Below, in pieces: positions 44,475 to 55,370 of a stretch of 64,000 nucleotides of DNA. Where the stretch lies: the NCBI GenBank assembly GCA_903994455.1, contig CAJEXI010000018.1, positions 120-64,119 of the forward strand, in the 5' to 3' direction. Position 1 is the stretch's first letter, and each line of letters starts with the position of its first letter. The translations under genes were made by a program, and so were the position numbers. Source of the DNA: an uncultured Chlorobiaceae bacterium (lineage in GTDB: Bacteria > Bacteroidota > Chlorobiia > Chlorobiales > Chlorobiaceae). Under the pieces are notes generated by a model. It was not told the origin of the DNA. It did not search any database and saw only the letters and a program-made list of their open reading frames with translations.

Positions 44475-45415
44475 CAGCGGGTTTTGCGGATTTCCGACAG
44501 GATTTTTTCTGCACCCTGCTTCAGGAGTTCTTCAGCCAGTGCAATACCAGCCTCTTCAGCCTGTTCGGGTGAAGTAAGACCTGTTTTTGTGATTTCGTTA
44601 TGTAATCCTACTTTGCCATCAACCGATCCGACATAGGCAAGCAGCTTGAGAGTGCCATTTTTAAACGAGCCGTAGGCACCGATAGGAATCTGACAGCCAC
44701 CCTGCAGATGACGCAGAAGAGCACGTTCAGCCCGGCAACAATATTCCGTTGTCGAGTGGTTGAGAATTCTCACGATCTCTCTTGTTTGCTCGTCATCAAC
44801 ACGGGTCTCAATGCCGAGCGCACCCTGCCCAACAGCAGGAAGCATCACTTCGTGAGGAAGGATTTCGGAGATGCGGTCGCTGAAATTCAGACGGAACACA
44901 CCGGCATAGGCAAGCATCATGGCATCGAATTCACCGTTGTCAAACTTCTGAAAACGGGTATTGAGATTGCCTCTGATATCGCGGATATCAAGGTCAGGGC
45001 GAAGACCCAGCAACTGTGACATACGGCGGAGACTGCTTGTTGCCACTTTGGCATTCTGCGGCAGATCTTTCAGCTTGACCCCGTTTTTGGAAATGATGAC
45101 ATCCCTTGTATCCTCGCGCTCTGTAAAGGAGGTAATAATAAGCCCTTCAGGAGTCGCCGTAGGCACATCTTTCAGGCTGTGAACGGCCAGGTCAATCTCT
45201 TTGGTAATCAGATGTTTTTCAATATCCTTGGTGAAAAGCCCCATATCCCCGATTTTGGAGAGAGGAGAGTCAAGAAGGACATCACCGGTCGTTTTAACCA
45301 GTTTCAGGGTGATATCAAGTTCAGGGTAATGCCTGGAGAGTTCCGCCTTAATGAATTCTGCCTGCCACAATGCGAGCGGGCTGGATCTGGTACCAATGAT
45401 AAGCTGTTTTTTCAA
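44474..45415 (-). CDS. hemC: Hydroxymethylbilane synthase
   Basis: [47 protein letters not shown]. Confidence 0.97.
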   Translation of the reverse strand: MKKQLIIGTRSSPLALWQAEFIKAELSRHYPELDITLKLVKTTGDVLLDSPLSKIGDMGLFTKDIEKHLITKEIDLAVHSLKDVPTATPEGLIITSFTEREDTRDVIISKNGVKLKDLPQNAKVATSSLRRMSQLLGLRPDLDIRDIRGNLNTRFQKFDNGEFDAMMLAYAGVFRLNFSDRISEILPHEVMLPAVGQGALGIETRVDDEQTREIVRILNHSTTEYCCRAERALLRHLQGGCQIPIGAYGSFKNGTLKLLAYVGSVDGKVGLHNEITKTGLTSPEQAEEAGIALAEELLKQGAEKILSEIRKTR

Positions 45416-45433
45416 AGCGATTACGGATTTTAT

Positions 45434-46711
45434 TTAGTGTGACTGATTTGGTTCTTCAAGATCGAAAACGTTGCGCACAAGATTGACCCTGCTTGGTATG
45501 GAATCAGTTGTGTCAATAGGTGCCTTGAGCATTTTGATAGGATGATGCAGGATTTTTTTCAGAATCCTGTCTGTCAGGTGCTCCATTCTCTGGAGTTCCT
45601 CCTCGCTGACCTTGTAACGGTAACGTTCAAGCTCTTTTTCTTTGATTTCAATGAACTTCGACTGAAGATCAACAATAGTGGGTCTGACTTTCAGTGTATT
45701 GGTCCACTGTCCAAAACCGACAAGCTCCTCTTCAATGATGGCATTGACTTTCGGCAGTTCGCGACTTCGTTTTTCAAGGTTTTTATCGATGATATGCTTG
45801 AGCGCGTCAATATCCTTGAGGAACATGTTCTGCAACTTTCCAATATCAGGATCAACATTCCTCGGGAGTCCAAGATCAAGAATAATGACTGCTTTGAGCT
45901 TGCGTTTGAGCATACTCTGGTGCATTTCGGCCTCCGTGAGAATATACTCCTTGGTGCTGACGGCGGTCATAATGATATCGAACTCGTGGAGATGATTCTT
46001 GAACGATTCAAACGGCAGCACCTGGTTGGTGCCGAGTTCTTCAGCAAGAGCTTCAGCTTTGGAGAGAGTCCGGTTTGTTATAACAATATTGCGGGCGTTT
46101 TTTTGAAAGATATGTTTCGCAGCCAGTTCGCCGGTTTCACCCGCGCCGATAAGCAGAACCTTTTTGAGCGAAAGATTGGAAAATATCTTTTGGGCAAGCT
46201 CGACGGCTGCATAGCTGACCGAGACGGCACCCTCCATAATTTTGGTTTTTGTCTTGACCTTCTTTGCCACACTGAATGCCGTATGGCAGAGGCGGGTAAG
46301 CAGGATGCCTGCGGTCTGTGCCTCAGCGGCTATCCGATAGGCATTTTTAACCTGACCAAGAATCTGGCCTTCACCAAGGACAAGCGAATCAATGGCGCTT
46401 GCAACTTCAAAAATATGGCGAGCAGTTCCGCAGTAAAAACGGCTGAAAAAGTGCTCGGGGCGAACCTCCTTGCGGGCATCCTTGTAGGAGATGAGATACT
46501 CTTTGAGGAACTCTCCTGTGACTTCATTCATGGCAGGAACCACGTAGAGTTCTGTGCGGTTACAGGTGGAAATAACCATGGCTTCGTGAGCAAGACCGCT
46601 CGAAATAAGGCCGGTAATGAACTCCTTGTTCTGAACTTCTGAAAGGGAGATTCTTTCACGGATTTCAATAGGTGCAGTCTTGTGGTTAACACCAACTGAA
46701 ATGATGTTCAT
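45434..46711 (-). CDS. hemA: Glutamyl-tRNA reductase
   Basis: [43 protein letters not shown]. Confidence 0.97.
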   Translation of the reverse strand: MNIISVGVNHKTAPIEIRERISLSEVQNKEFITGLISSGLAHEAMVISTCNRTELYVVPAMNEVTGEFLKEYLISYKDARKEVRPEHFFSRFYCGTARHIFEVASAIDSLVLGEGQILGQVKNAYRIAAEAQTAGILLTRLCHTAFSVAKKVKTKTKIMEGAVSVSYAAVELAQKIFSNLSLKKVLLIGAGETGELAAKHIFQKNARNIVITNRTLSKAEALAEELGTNQVLPFESFKNHLHEFDIIMTAVSTKEYILTEAEMHQSMLKRKLKAVIILDLGLPRNVDPDIGKLQNMFLKDIDALKHIIDKNLEKRSRELPKVNAIIEEELVGFGQWTNTLKVRPTIVDLQSKFIEIKEKELERYRYKVSEEELQRMEHLTDRILKKILHHPIKMLKAPIDTTDSIPSRVNLVRNVFDLEEPNQSH

Positions 46712-46813
46712 GGCAAAGTTGTTTAAGTGATCAGATACCAAGTTCAATGCACAGGAAAACTAAGACAGGGAATATACCCTAAAAGCCGATATTTTCAAAT
46801 CCAGCTCGCCGTT

Positions 46814-47659
46814 TTAAAAGGTTGACCCATGGAACGTCGGTGAAAAAAACGTCATCAGGACAATCAGTATGGTGATGAAAAGAAACAGAAAAATAAAGAG
46901 ATAGGCCATGTGTTTAATGTCCCATCCAATGATTGGCTTAATGAGAATACCTGTGCCATAGATCAGCCAGATAAGAACCAGCGTGACAAGCTTGGGCTCA
47001 AATAGGGTTATAGCATCACCTGAAGCCCGTTGCTCCAGTATACCGGCTAAAATAGTAATAGTGAGAAAAAGAAAACCCAGCGAGACCGCGTGCATGGCGA
47101 GTTTTTCAAGAATCTCAAGATTCGGCAGGCGCTGGAAAAACAGTTCAAACCGGTTCTGCTGAATCTGGCGGAAGAGGAGCAGATAGAGGATACTGTAGAT
47201 GCCGGCAATTGCAATGGCGCTGAAACCAAAAATAGCAGCAATAAGGTGCACACCGATTCCAACTCCACTGAAGGTGATACCTGCGGTTTGTATTTGTGTT
47301 GTCAGAATTGATGAAATAAGTTGTGCCCCGGCAGCAAAAGAGATGATAAAAAAGCCGGTCTTGTCACTCTTGGTGGTAAACTCAGTGAACAGATAGGTTA
47401 TGGTGAGGGTAAGCCCTACCATGGTCATCAAATTCACTGTAGAGTAATTGATTTTATATCCTTCAAGAGAAGTAAGAAGTCCAAGATAGACAACATGGGT
47501 CAGAACCGTCACAACAAGAAGTGGCTGTTTATATTTTTTTGCGAGCGACATATCCCTGAAAAAATGGGCACCATACAAAAATGTTGTCACCAGGTAGAGC
47601 ATTGAAACAAGCTGATTGAGTGCCAGTAAAGGGAGATTGCTAAGTAATATATTATTCAT
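46814..47659 (-). CDS. Cytochrome c assembly (CcsA/HemX-like) membrane protein
   Basis: Multiple transmembrane helices, conserved His, RLPNLE.LE, EPK; directly upstream of hemA. Confidence 0.8.
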   Translation of the reverse strand: MNNILLSNLPLLALNQLVSMLYLVTTFLYGAHFFRDMSLAKKYKQPLLVVTVLTHVVYLGLLTSLEGYKINYSTVNLMTMVGLTLTITYLFTEFTTKSDKTGFFIISFAAGAQLISSILTTQIQTAGITFSGVGIGVHLIAAIFGFSAIAIAGIYSILYLLLFRQIQQNRFELFFQRLPNLEILEKLAMHAVSLGFLFLTITILAGILEQRASGDAITLFEPKLVTLVLIWLIYGTGILIKPIIGWDIKHMAYLFIFLFLFITILIVLMTFFSPTFHGSTF

Positions 47660-47830
47660 CTTGTTGTATTAAGAGAGCAGGTTTGTCTAAAAAAGCCACT
47701 TTAGAACAGGGCAACAGACCGACACGTCCCACGTCGCCAAGGGCCAAAGATTGTGGCAAGAGTTACTAATAAATAATGTATATTCCGGCCATCGCGGGAT
47801 ACAAATATACTTATATTACAAGGAAAAAAG

Positions 47831-49657
47831 ATGAGATCCACAAAGAATATCAGAAATATAGCCATTATTGCTCACGTTGACCATGGAAAAACAACTCTTG
47901 TTGATTCGATTTTTCAGAAGACCGGTGCCTTCAGGGATAACCAGCAGGTAAACGTCAGGGTGCTTGACTCCAATCCCCAGGAGAGAGAGCGGGGCATCAC
48001 CATATTTTCAAAAAATGCTGCAGCAGTCTATAACGATCACAAAATCAATATTGTCGACACACCGGGCCATGCCGATTTTGGTGGTGAGGTAGAGCGGATC
48101 CTTCAGATGGTTGACGGAGTGCTTCTGCTTGTCGATGCCTTTGAAGGCCCTATGCCGCAGACCAAGTTTGTGCTTCGTAAAGCTCTTGAGCTGCACTTGA
48201 AGCCGATTGTGGTTATCAACAAGATTGATCGCCCGCAGTCCGATCCCGTCAAGGTTCACGATCAGGTGCTTGATCTTTTCATTGCCCTTGGTGCCGAAGA
48301 GCATCAGCTTGATTTTCCCTATATCTTTACCTCGGCCAAACATGGTGTTGCCAAATACAGTATGGACGACGAGGATGGCGATATGAGCCTGCTTCTGGAC
48401 ATGATTGTCAAGGAGATTCCGCCACCGGTCGCACATGACGACGGAGGTTTCCAGATGCTGGTGACGACGCTTGACTACAGCGATTATATCGGAAAGATCG
48501 CCATCGGGCGTATCCAGCGAGGCAAGGTCAGCCCTGGCAGCCAGCTTGCAGTCGTCGGCCCTGATGGTGTGATGGGCAAGGGAACAGTGACCAAAGTCTT
48601 CCTTTTTGACAAACTTCAGAAAATCGAGTCCAAAGAGGCGACCTCGGGTGATATTATTGCTATCGCCGGTATTTCAGATGCCACTGTAGGAATGACCCTG
48701 GCCTCGGTTGATGATCCAGTCTCCCTTGCCTCGTTTGACATCAGCAAGCCGACACTCTCCATGCTTTTTTCGGTGAATGATTCCCCTTTTGCAGGGCTGG
48801 AGGGTAAAGAGGTTACCAGCCGCAAAATTCGCGAACGCCTGATGAAAGAGAAGATGACCAATGTTGCACTCAACGTCGAAGAGACCGACAGTGCTGATAC
48901 CTTCCGCGTTTCAGGAAGGGGAGAGCTTCACCTTTCGGTACTCATTGAGACGATGAGGCGTGAAGGCTATGAACTTGCTATTTCAAGGCCCGAGGTTATC
49001 ATGCACGACGATGAAGACGGCAACCTGCTTGAACCGATTGAGCATGTCACCATAGATATTCCTGAAGAGTATACCGGCGTGATTATCGAAAAAATGGGAC
49101 GCAGAAAGGCTGAAATGACCCACATGGGCACGCTTCGCGGGGGAATGGTCAGGGTTGAGTTTGAAATTCCTACAAGGGGTCTTATTGGTTATAACCTTGA
49201 GTTTACCACCGATACCAAAGGTGAAGGCATGCTTTCACATGTCTTTTATAACTATCAGCCCTTCAAGGGCAAACTGCCATCGCGTGAGACCGGGGCGCTT
49301 GTTGTCTCTGAAGCAGGGCTTTGTGTTGCCTATGCCCTGAGTGCTCTTGAAGATCGCGGCACCTTTTTTGTGTCGCCAAATACAAAGGTTTATGCCGGAA
49401 TGATTGTTGGTGAATCAACACGAGGTCTCGATATTACCCTCAATGTCTGCAAAACGAAAAAGCTGAGCAACATGCGCTCTTCGGGCACGGATGAGTCGCT
49501 TCGCCTTACTCCTCCAAAAATTCTTTCGCTTGAACAGGCGCTTGAATTTATCAATGATGATGAGTTGCTGGAGGTAACACCCCAGAGCATCAGGCTCAGA
49601 AAGAAGATTCTTGACGTGAACCTCCGGGCAAAAGCCACCAAAAAGGCAAACGCCTGA
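47831..49657 (+). CDS. typA: Translational GTPase TypA/BipA
   Basis: [50 protein letters not shown]. Confidence 0.97.
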   Translation: MRSTKNIRNIAIIAHVDHGKTTLVDSIFQKTGAFRDNQQVNVRVLDSNPQERERGITIFSKNAAAVYNDHKINIVDTPGHADFGGEVERILQMVDGVLLLVDAFEGPMPQTKFVLRKALELHLKPIVVINKIDRPQSDPVKVHDQVLDLFIALGAEEHQLDFPYIFTSAKHGVAKYSMDDEDGDMSLLLDMIVKEIPPPVAHDDGGFQMLVTTLDYSDYIGKIAIGRIQRGKVSPGSQLAVVGPDGVMGKGTVTKVFLFDKLQKIESKEATSGDIIAIAGISDATVGMTLASVDDPVSLASFDISKPTLSMLFSVNDSPFAGLEGKEVTSRKIRERLMKEKMTNVALNVEETDSADTFRVSGRGELHLSVLIETMRREGYELAISRPEVIMHDDEDGNLLEPIEHVTIDIPEEYTGVIIEKMGRRKAEMTHMGTLRGGMVRVEFEIPTRGLIGYNLEFTTDTKGEGMLSHVFYNYQPFKGKLPSRETGALVVSEAGLCVAYALSALEDRGTFFVSPNTKVYAGMIVGESTRGLDITLNVCKTKKLSNMRSSGTDESLRLTPPKILSLEQALEFINDDELLEVTPQSIRLRKKILDVNLRAKATKKANA

Positions 49658-49662
49658 TTCCT

Positions 49663-49725
49663 TTCGAAGAAAAGTCGTTTCAGTTCTCTCCGGGTGCTCG
49701 CAAGCAGCTCCCGGATGGCTGATTT
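49663..49725 (-). pseudogene. Diverged remnant of the bchX 3' end
   Basis: Minus strand KSAIRELLASTRRELKRLFFE versus bchX ESSVRELLASARKELKRLFFE (62679-62741): 16/21 aa and 45/63 nt identical by manual count. Confidence 0.8.
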
Positions 49726-49858
49726 CCTCCCCTCGCCAGTGAACGAAAATCTCCTGATTGCTGATCATCTCATTTTTCTGCGACAGGCTTGCCTCTGCAG
49801 TCGATTCAGTCAATCAATTTTTGGGGGATTACTTTTTCATTGCGTGTCTCTGCGAAAT

Positions 49859-50328
49859 AACGACTTTTTTTGTTGATGAGCACCTTGTTCCATACCCGGA
49901 TCAATGGGAATATCTTGCATCGATTCAGAAAATCTCCAGCATTGAATGGAGAAAACCTCACCAATATCTTTCTGTTGCATGGGCGGTTAACAAAAAAACA
50001 GCGTTCAGCGACTCTTTCTGAGCTGGCAGAACTGGATGGTGCAACTCCACGCATCATTCTGGCGACTGGGCACCTGATTGGCGAGGGTTTTGATCATCCG
50101 CCTCTTGATACCATGGTGCTCGCCATGCCGATCTCGTGGAAAGGAACATTACAGCAATATGCCGGGTGCCTGCACCGGGAACATGCCTCCAAGCAGGATG
50201 TGCGCATTTACGATTACATTGAGCACGATAATGTGCTGCTTGCGAGAATGTGGCAAAAACGCTATCATGGTTATCAGGCAATGGGGTATCGGGTCAGACC
50301 CCGTCATGAAGAGCTTAAACCATCATAA
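49859..50328 (+). pseudogene. Internally deleted remnant of a primase-SF2 helicase (TOTE-like) gene
   Basis: FVDEHLVPYPDQWEYLASIQKIS (one frame) joined to the helicase C-terminus LATGHLIGEGFDHPPLDT..ISWKGTLQQYAGCLHR..IYDY (another frame). The ATPase domain is missing. Confidence 0.7.
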
Positions 50329-50332
50329 ACCT

Positions 50333-50710
50333 ATGGCAGAATACGGTGAGTGGAATCGTAAGGGCGCGACTCTCAGCGATGTTACGGCGAAGAAGGAGTA
50401 CGGTGTAGACTATACTTTTATTGTCAATGGTATTTCTGCAGGCAAGCTGGAATACCGTGAAGGCAATATGCAGGGTAATCCCTGGTTGAGGGTATTGAGA
50501 GGGCAGTTGGAACAGCTAATCACCGAAAAGTTTGGCGCTGATTATTTGGTGGAGCAAAACCGCCAGACTGAATTGCGGGTGATCAAAAACGAAATGACGG
50601 TAATGAAGAAGAGACTGAAAGAACTGGAGGCCAGAAAAGCAGAGCTTGAAGTGGCTTTGATGAAGGCGGATATATCGCCAGATGAAGGTAAAATGGGTTT
50701 ATCGGTATAA
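50333..50710 (+). CDS. Hypothetical protein with a C-terminal coiled coil
   Basis: ATG at 50333, 125 aa, MAEYGEWNRKGATLSDVTAKKEYG...; heptad-rich tail. Confidence 0.65.
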   Translation: MAEYGEWNRKGATLSDVTAKKEYGVDYTFIVNGISAGKLEYREGNMQGNPWLRVLRGQLEQLITEKFGADYLVEQNRQTELRVIKNEMTVMKKRLKELEARKAELEVALMKADISPDEGKMGLSV

Positions 50711-50899
50711 TTTTGATTGTACCATATTTTTGTCTCCAGAACTTCTTCTGTATCAATCACAAAAAAATGTAAGTTTCGTCTACTACGGTATTGAATGCAA
50801 CCCAAGAACGATCGGGCGATGAACAGAGTCACTGTCATGAAACGCATCAACTGGGTAGAATAAGTTGTATCAAATCTATTAGGCAAATGGAGACCGAGT

Positions 50900-52849
50900 A
50901 TGGCACTGCATGTGTTTGTCGTCATGCCCTTCGGTGTTAAGGGTGGGATTGATTTCGATAAGGTCTACAGCGATTATCTTAAACCCGCATTGGAAGGAGA
51001 AGGGTACGAGGTTTTTCGGGCTGATGAAGAGCGGTGCGGTGGAAATATTCTGGAGGATATGTTTCAGGAGCTGCTTCTGGCTGATCTGGTCATTGCCGAT
51101 CTCTCCATCGATAACCCGAATGTCTGGTATGAACTGGGTGTACGGCATGCCCTGAGATCAAGTGGTATTGTTCTTGTTCAGAGCAAGCGGGACTATCAGC
51201 CATTTGATCTTGCTCCTGTCCGTAAGTGCAATTACAATATTAAGGACGGCCTCCCTGACCCTGCGTTCATAGATAAAGACAAGGCAGCACTTGCCACAAT
51301 GGCCAGAATGACAATGGCCACCTGGCATGGGCACAGGATAAGTCCGGTCTATCACATGCTTCCCTATTTGCGGGAACCCGAATGGAAGTTACTGCGAGTA
51401 GGCAATGTGCGCAAGTTCTGGCAAAAGCATGAAGCTTGGGAAATGTGCATCAAAATAGCAGAGCGAAAGCGATATCCGGGAGATATTATAGTGTTGGCAG
51501 CAGAAGCGCCTGTTCAAGCACTTCAGCTTGAAGCGTACAGAATTGCTGGTAAATCTCTTGTCAAGTTGGGTCAATTTGCTTTTGCCTTTGAACAATACAA
51601 AAAAGCATTGGGTATAGATTCCGAAGATCTTGAAAGCAAGCAGCAAACAGGGGTTATACTTGGTCGATTACAGAAGTATGTTGAGGCTCGGATACACCTG
51701 GAGAAATTGGTTAAAGATAATCCCGGAAACGCAGAGTCGGTTGCACTTCTGGGACGGGTAGAAAAAGATGCTTGGACATGGGAGTGGAGAAGGGATGGAT
51801 GGTCAGTAGCGGATATGCAACATAAGGCTGTCAGTGCCGATGCACTTCTTCGAGAGTCGATCAAAGCGTATGCAAGGGGTTTTGTAATGGAACCCGCACA
51901 TTATTATTCAGGAATTAATGCAGTAACCCTTATCAGGCTGTTGCATCACTTGACTGGAGACGAGAGCCTGCTTTCTCAATGCAAAGAGATGGAGGGAGGT
52001 ATTCGCTGGGCTCTTAAAAGTGCGCTCTCAAAAGAGACAATCCATAACAAGGACTACTGGGCAAGGGTTACACTTGGAGATCTTGATCTGCTTGCTTCTG
52101 AACAGAGTATTGTTGAGCGATCATACCGTGATGCTGTTATTGCTGCTGATAACTGGTTCTCCCTCGACTCATCCCGCCAGCAACTCCATCTTCTGCGTGA
52201 TTTGGGATTTCGACCCGAAGTGGTTACTTCCGTACTTGATATTTTCGATCACGCCATCGAAAAATTTGAAGCTCCGATAACTCCTCGCCAGGTGTTCCTG
52301 TTCAGTGGTCATCTCATCGATGCGCCGGATCGAGCGACTCCGCGTTTTCCGGCAGAAAAGGAGTCCGTAGCGGCACAAAAAATTGCCGAAGCACTTGATC
52401 AACTTGGAGCCGGGCCGGGTGACCTTGCCCTGACCCAGGGAGCCTGTGGAGGTGATCTTCTTTTTACGGAAGCTTGTTTGAATCGAGGGGTGAAGGTGAA
52501 CTGGTTGCAACCGTTTCTTGAACCGGAATTCATCCAGAACTCCGTTGTCTGTTGCGCGGAAGAGTGGCGCAAACGCTATTTTGATGCAAAGTCCGGACGT
52601 GAAGATTCCATTCGATCTGCTCCAGACGCACTTGGTGATATGCCGTCAGGAGCCAGGGAGGGTTACCCCTACGAGCGCTGCAACCTCTGGCTGCTTTACA
52701 CAGCACTCTCTTACGGTATCGACAAGGTGCGCTTTATCTGTTTGTGGAATGGTGGTGGAGGCGATGGCCCTGGCGGGACCGCGCACATGTATAATGAAGT
52801 AAAACAAAGGACAGGGCAGGTAACATGGATAGACACCCGGGCGTTGTAG
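50900..52849 (+). CDS. Deoxyribohydrolase/TIR-like + TPR (DUF4071/MAP3K TRAFs-binding-like) + SLOG-like protein
   Basis: FVVMPFG..FRADEE..MFQELLLADLVIADLS..NPNVWYELGVRHA; TPRs with LLGRVEKD.W, YSGINA, DYW...TLG; C-terminal FSGH..PRFP..GACGGDLLF.E..WNG..GDGPGGTAHM. Confidence 0.75.
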   Translation: MALHVFVVMPFGVKGGIDFDKVYSDYLKPALEGEGYEVFRADEERCGGNILEDMFQELLLADLVIADLSIDNPNVWYELGVRHALRSSGIVLVQSKRDYQPFDLAPVRKCNYNIKDGLPDPAFIDKDKAALATMARMTMATWHGHRISPVYHMLPYLREPEWKLLRVGNVRKFWQKHEAWEMCIKIAERKRYPGDIIVLAAEAPVQALQLEAYRIAGKSLVKLGQFAFAFEQYKKALGIDSEDLESKQQTGVILGRLQKYVEARIHLEKLVKDNPGNAESVALLGRVEKDAWTWEWRRDGWSVADMQHKAVSADALLRESIKAYARGFVMEPAHYYSGINAVTLIRLLHHLTGDESLLSQCKEMEGGIRWALKSALSKETIHNKDYWARVTLGDLDLLASEQSIVERSYRDAVIAADNWFSLDSSRQQLHLLRDLGFRPEVVTSVLDIFDHAIEKFEAPITPRQVFLFSGHLIDAPDRATPRFPAEKESVAAQKIAEALDQLGAGPGDLALTQGACGGDLLFTEACLNRGVKVNWLQPFLEPEFIQNSVVCCAEEWRKRYFDAKSGREDSIRSAPDALGDMPSGAREGYPYERCNLWLLYTALSYGIDKVRFICLWNGGGGDGPGGTAHMYNEVKQRTGQVTWIDTRAL

Positions 52850-52903
52850 TGGCTTCTGATTAAGAGGCATCCGAACAAATAACCGCATAACCGCTGATAA
52901 ACC

Positions 52904-54070
52904 ATGAACGAAAAACTTGCTGCACGCTTGCAATCTCCAGGCCCTAAACGCTTGCTTGCTCTTGACGGAGGAGGAATACGCGGGGTATTGACACTCGAAT
53001 TTCTCGAACGCATCGAGGCAATTCTTGCAAACCGAAGCGGGAATCCTGAACAATTTCGTCTCAGCGATTACTTTGACCTTATTGGTGGAACTTCTACTGG
53101 TTCTATTATTGCAGCAATGCTTGCCTTTGGATACAGTGTGGCTGAAATCAAGGATCTGTATGACGTGTTGGGTAAAAAAGTGTTCAAGCACCACCTCTGG
53201 AGAAGGAGAGGTATTTTTGTTTCAAAATTTCCTGCAAAGCCACTTCGTGATGCATTGGAGTTTTATCTTGGAGAGAAGACTACTCTGGGAAGTGAGATGA
53301 TTTTGACAGGCCTCATGGTCATGACCAAACGTCTTGATACCGGAAGCCCCTGGCCTCTGCACAATTGTCCCAACGGCCCATACTATGATCCAGATCCATG
53401 GAATTCCGATGCCACTGCCAACAAGGATTATCTGCTTGCTGCCATTGTTCGTGCAAGTACCGCCGCGCCCAGCTTTTTCAAGCCAGAGCGTATCATCGTT
53501 GCAAACAAGCCGAATGGAGAAAAGGTGGAGGGTATTTTTGTCGATGGTGGTGTCAGTCCCTCGAATAATCCTGCACTCCAGTTACTCATGCTTGCAGCTC
53601 TCAAAGGCTATGGGTTTCGCTGGCCTCTTGGAGCTGACAAGCTCTTGCTTGTCTCTGTTGGTACGGGATCATTTTTTTCAAATTACAACCATGCCAAGTG
53701 GTTGCACAAACTTCCAGCCAATGTGGCACTCTACTCGTTGAAGGGGCTTATGGACGACAGTGATAACCTTGCTCAGACCATGCTCCAGTGGATGGCACGC
53801 ACCTCAACCCCTTGGATGATCGATAGTGAAATCGGCAATCTGCGCAGTGATCAACTTGGTCGAGAAGAGTTGCTAACCTACTTGCGCTATAATGTGAAAT
53901 TTGATGAACAATGGCAGAAAGAGAATTTAAAAATGGGTTTCACCACAGCTAAAATCAAGGAGCTTGAAGCGATGGATAATTCTAAAAACATTGATGAACT
54001 CGCAGATGTGGGTCGAAGGTATGCACAGGTACAGGTACGTGAAAGCCACTTTCCGAGATCTTTTGACTAA
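52904..54070 (+). CDS. Patatin-like phospholipase
   Basis: LALDGGGIRG, GTSTG, ASTAAP..F, FVDGGV; catalytic Ser/Asp dyad intact. Confidence 0.92.
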   Translation: MNEKLAARLQSPGPKRLLALDGGGIRGVLTLEFLERIEAILANRSGNPEQFRLSDYFDLIGGTSTGSIIAAMLAFGYSVAEIKDLYDVLGKKVFKHHLWRRRGIFVSKFPAKPLRDALEFYLGEKTTLGSEMILTGLMVMTKRLDTGSPWPLHNCPNGPYYDPDPWNSDATANKDYLLAAIVRASTAAPSFFKPERIIVANKPNGEKVEGIFVDGGVSPSNNPALQLLMLAALKGYGFRWPLGADKLLLVSVGTGSFFSNYNHAKWLHKLPANVALYSLKGLMDDSDNLAQTMLQWMARTSTPWMIDSEIGNLRSDQLGREELLTYLRYNVKFDEQWQKENLKMGFTTAKIKELEAMDNSKNIDELADVGRRYAQVQVRESHFPRSFD

Positions 54071-54105
54071 TCGTAGACTCTATTTGCTCGAACAAAAAGA
54101 CGATT

Positions 54106-54843
54106 ATGACACCACTTGTTCTGAACGACGTTTCGATTTATGTTGAAGCGAGCATCGGCACCTTGAGCCAGAAAAGAGTAACTGCTCTTGAAGCATTGAG
54201 CCTGCCCGAGCTGCTGAAACAGCAAAATCCTTAACTCTTGAGTTTAGAACCTGCTCAGACTATCACAGATATTGTCAAAAAGCTGGTTGATGCCCATATC
54301 TCATCAAACGAGGAGACTGTTTTTGGTGACTGGCTGGGGGGGCTGGCCATTTTTATCAACGGCAAGGTGTATGATGGCTGGAAATCAGGCATTCCAGGAA
54401 TTGATCTTGAGTTTGACAACGATGGGAAGCGCTTCATTGTTAACATCAAATCAGGCCCGAATTGGGGTAACAGCAGCCAGATTGCCAAGATGAAGTCCGA
54501 CTTCAAAACAGCGGCAAAAACTCTGCGCACCAGTAATTCAGGGATTCAGGTTGTTGCAGTCAATGGATGCTGTTACGGAAAGAGCAATACCCCCGATCAG
54601 GGTGACTATTTCAAATACTGTGGTCAGACCTTTTGGGAGTTCATCTCGTCAGATCCAAATCTTTACACCGACTTTATCGATCCATTGGGGCACACAGCAA
54701 AAGAGAGAAATGATGAATTTTGTCACTCTTATGCGCATATGATCAACAAGTTTACTCAGCAATTTGGTGTGGAGTATTGTGAGGCCAACGGAGCAATTAA
54801 CTGGAAAAAGCTGGTAGAGTTCAACTCGTCAGCGGGAAGGTAG
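54106..54843 (+). pseudogene. PmeII-family type II restriction endonuclease with a nonsense codon
   Basis: ATG 54106 is in frame: MTPLVLNDVS.YVE..IG...QNP*(TAA 54232-54234)L...DAHISSNEETVFG..GIDLEF..IKSGPNWGNSSQ..NGCCYG..YCGQ.FW. Confidence 0.8.
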
Positions 54844-54991
54844 GCTTAGGCTTGCCCGCACAGATTTCTTCAGTACCCTTTATTGCTGAGTAAAAGGGGA
54901 CTGGCAAAAAAGAAGAAATCTTGAGCTTTTTATGTATGTTTTTGCTCAGAGGTACTTCCCTATGAGGAAAGATTAAGATGAGAATTTATCA

Positions 54992-55180
54992 GTGATGATT
55001 CATGAGCCTGAGTGCGTCATGTTGAAGCGGCGAGGTGCTGAACATGTTGCAAAATTAATAGCGAGTATGTCTCAACAAGAGCAGTTGGAGTTTTGGCAGA
55101 AACGTACAGTTGCTATGATAGTACGACAAAAGGAGTCTCAACAGAAGAAAACCGCTCTTCAGGACTCCGAAAAACCTTGA
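54992..55180 (+). CDS. Small hypothetical protein, possibly an orphan antitoxin
   Basis: CVMLKRRGAE..MSQQEQLEFW resembles short proteins found beside PIN toxins (from memory); no toxin gene is seen. Confidence 0.4.
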   Translation: MMIHEPECVMLKRRGAEHVAKLIASMSQQEQLEFWQKRTVAMIVRQKESQQKKTALQDSEKP

Positions 55181-55370
55181 TTGTTGATCTGTGTTCAACG
55201 GGTGCGAACATTAGCACATACTGTAGAATTTTTCATGCAGAATTTACTACTTGTGGAAATACCCGTCAAATGCACTCTCAAGAGGAGTAAACATAAAAAG
55301 CATTGTATTTCTGATTCAGAAAATGATAATTTGCCTTGTAAAATTATTCAGGCACATAATCAGATAAACA

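Noticed and set aside
50900-54070. Canonical CBASS or Thoeris
   Set aside because: No nucleotidyltransferase, SIR2 or Macro gene; reported as a distinct candidate instead.
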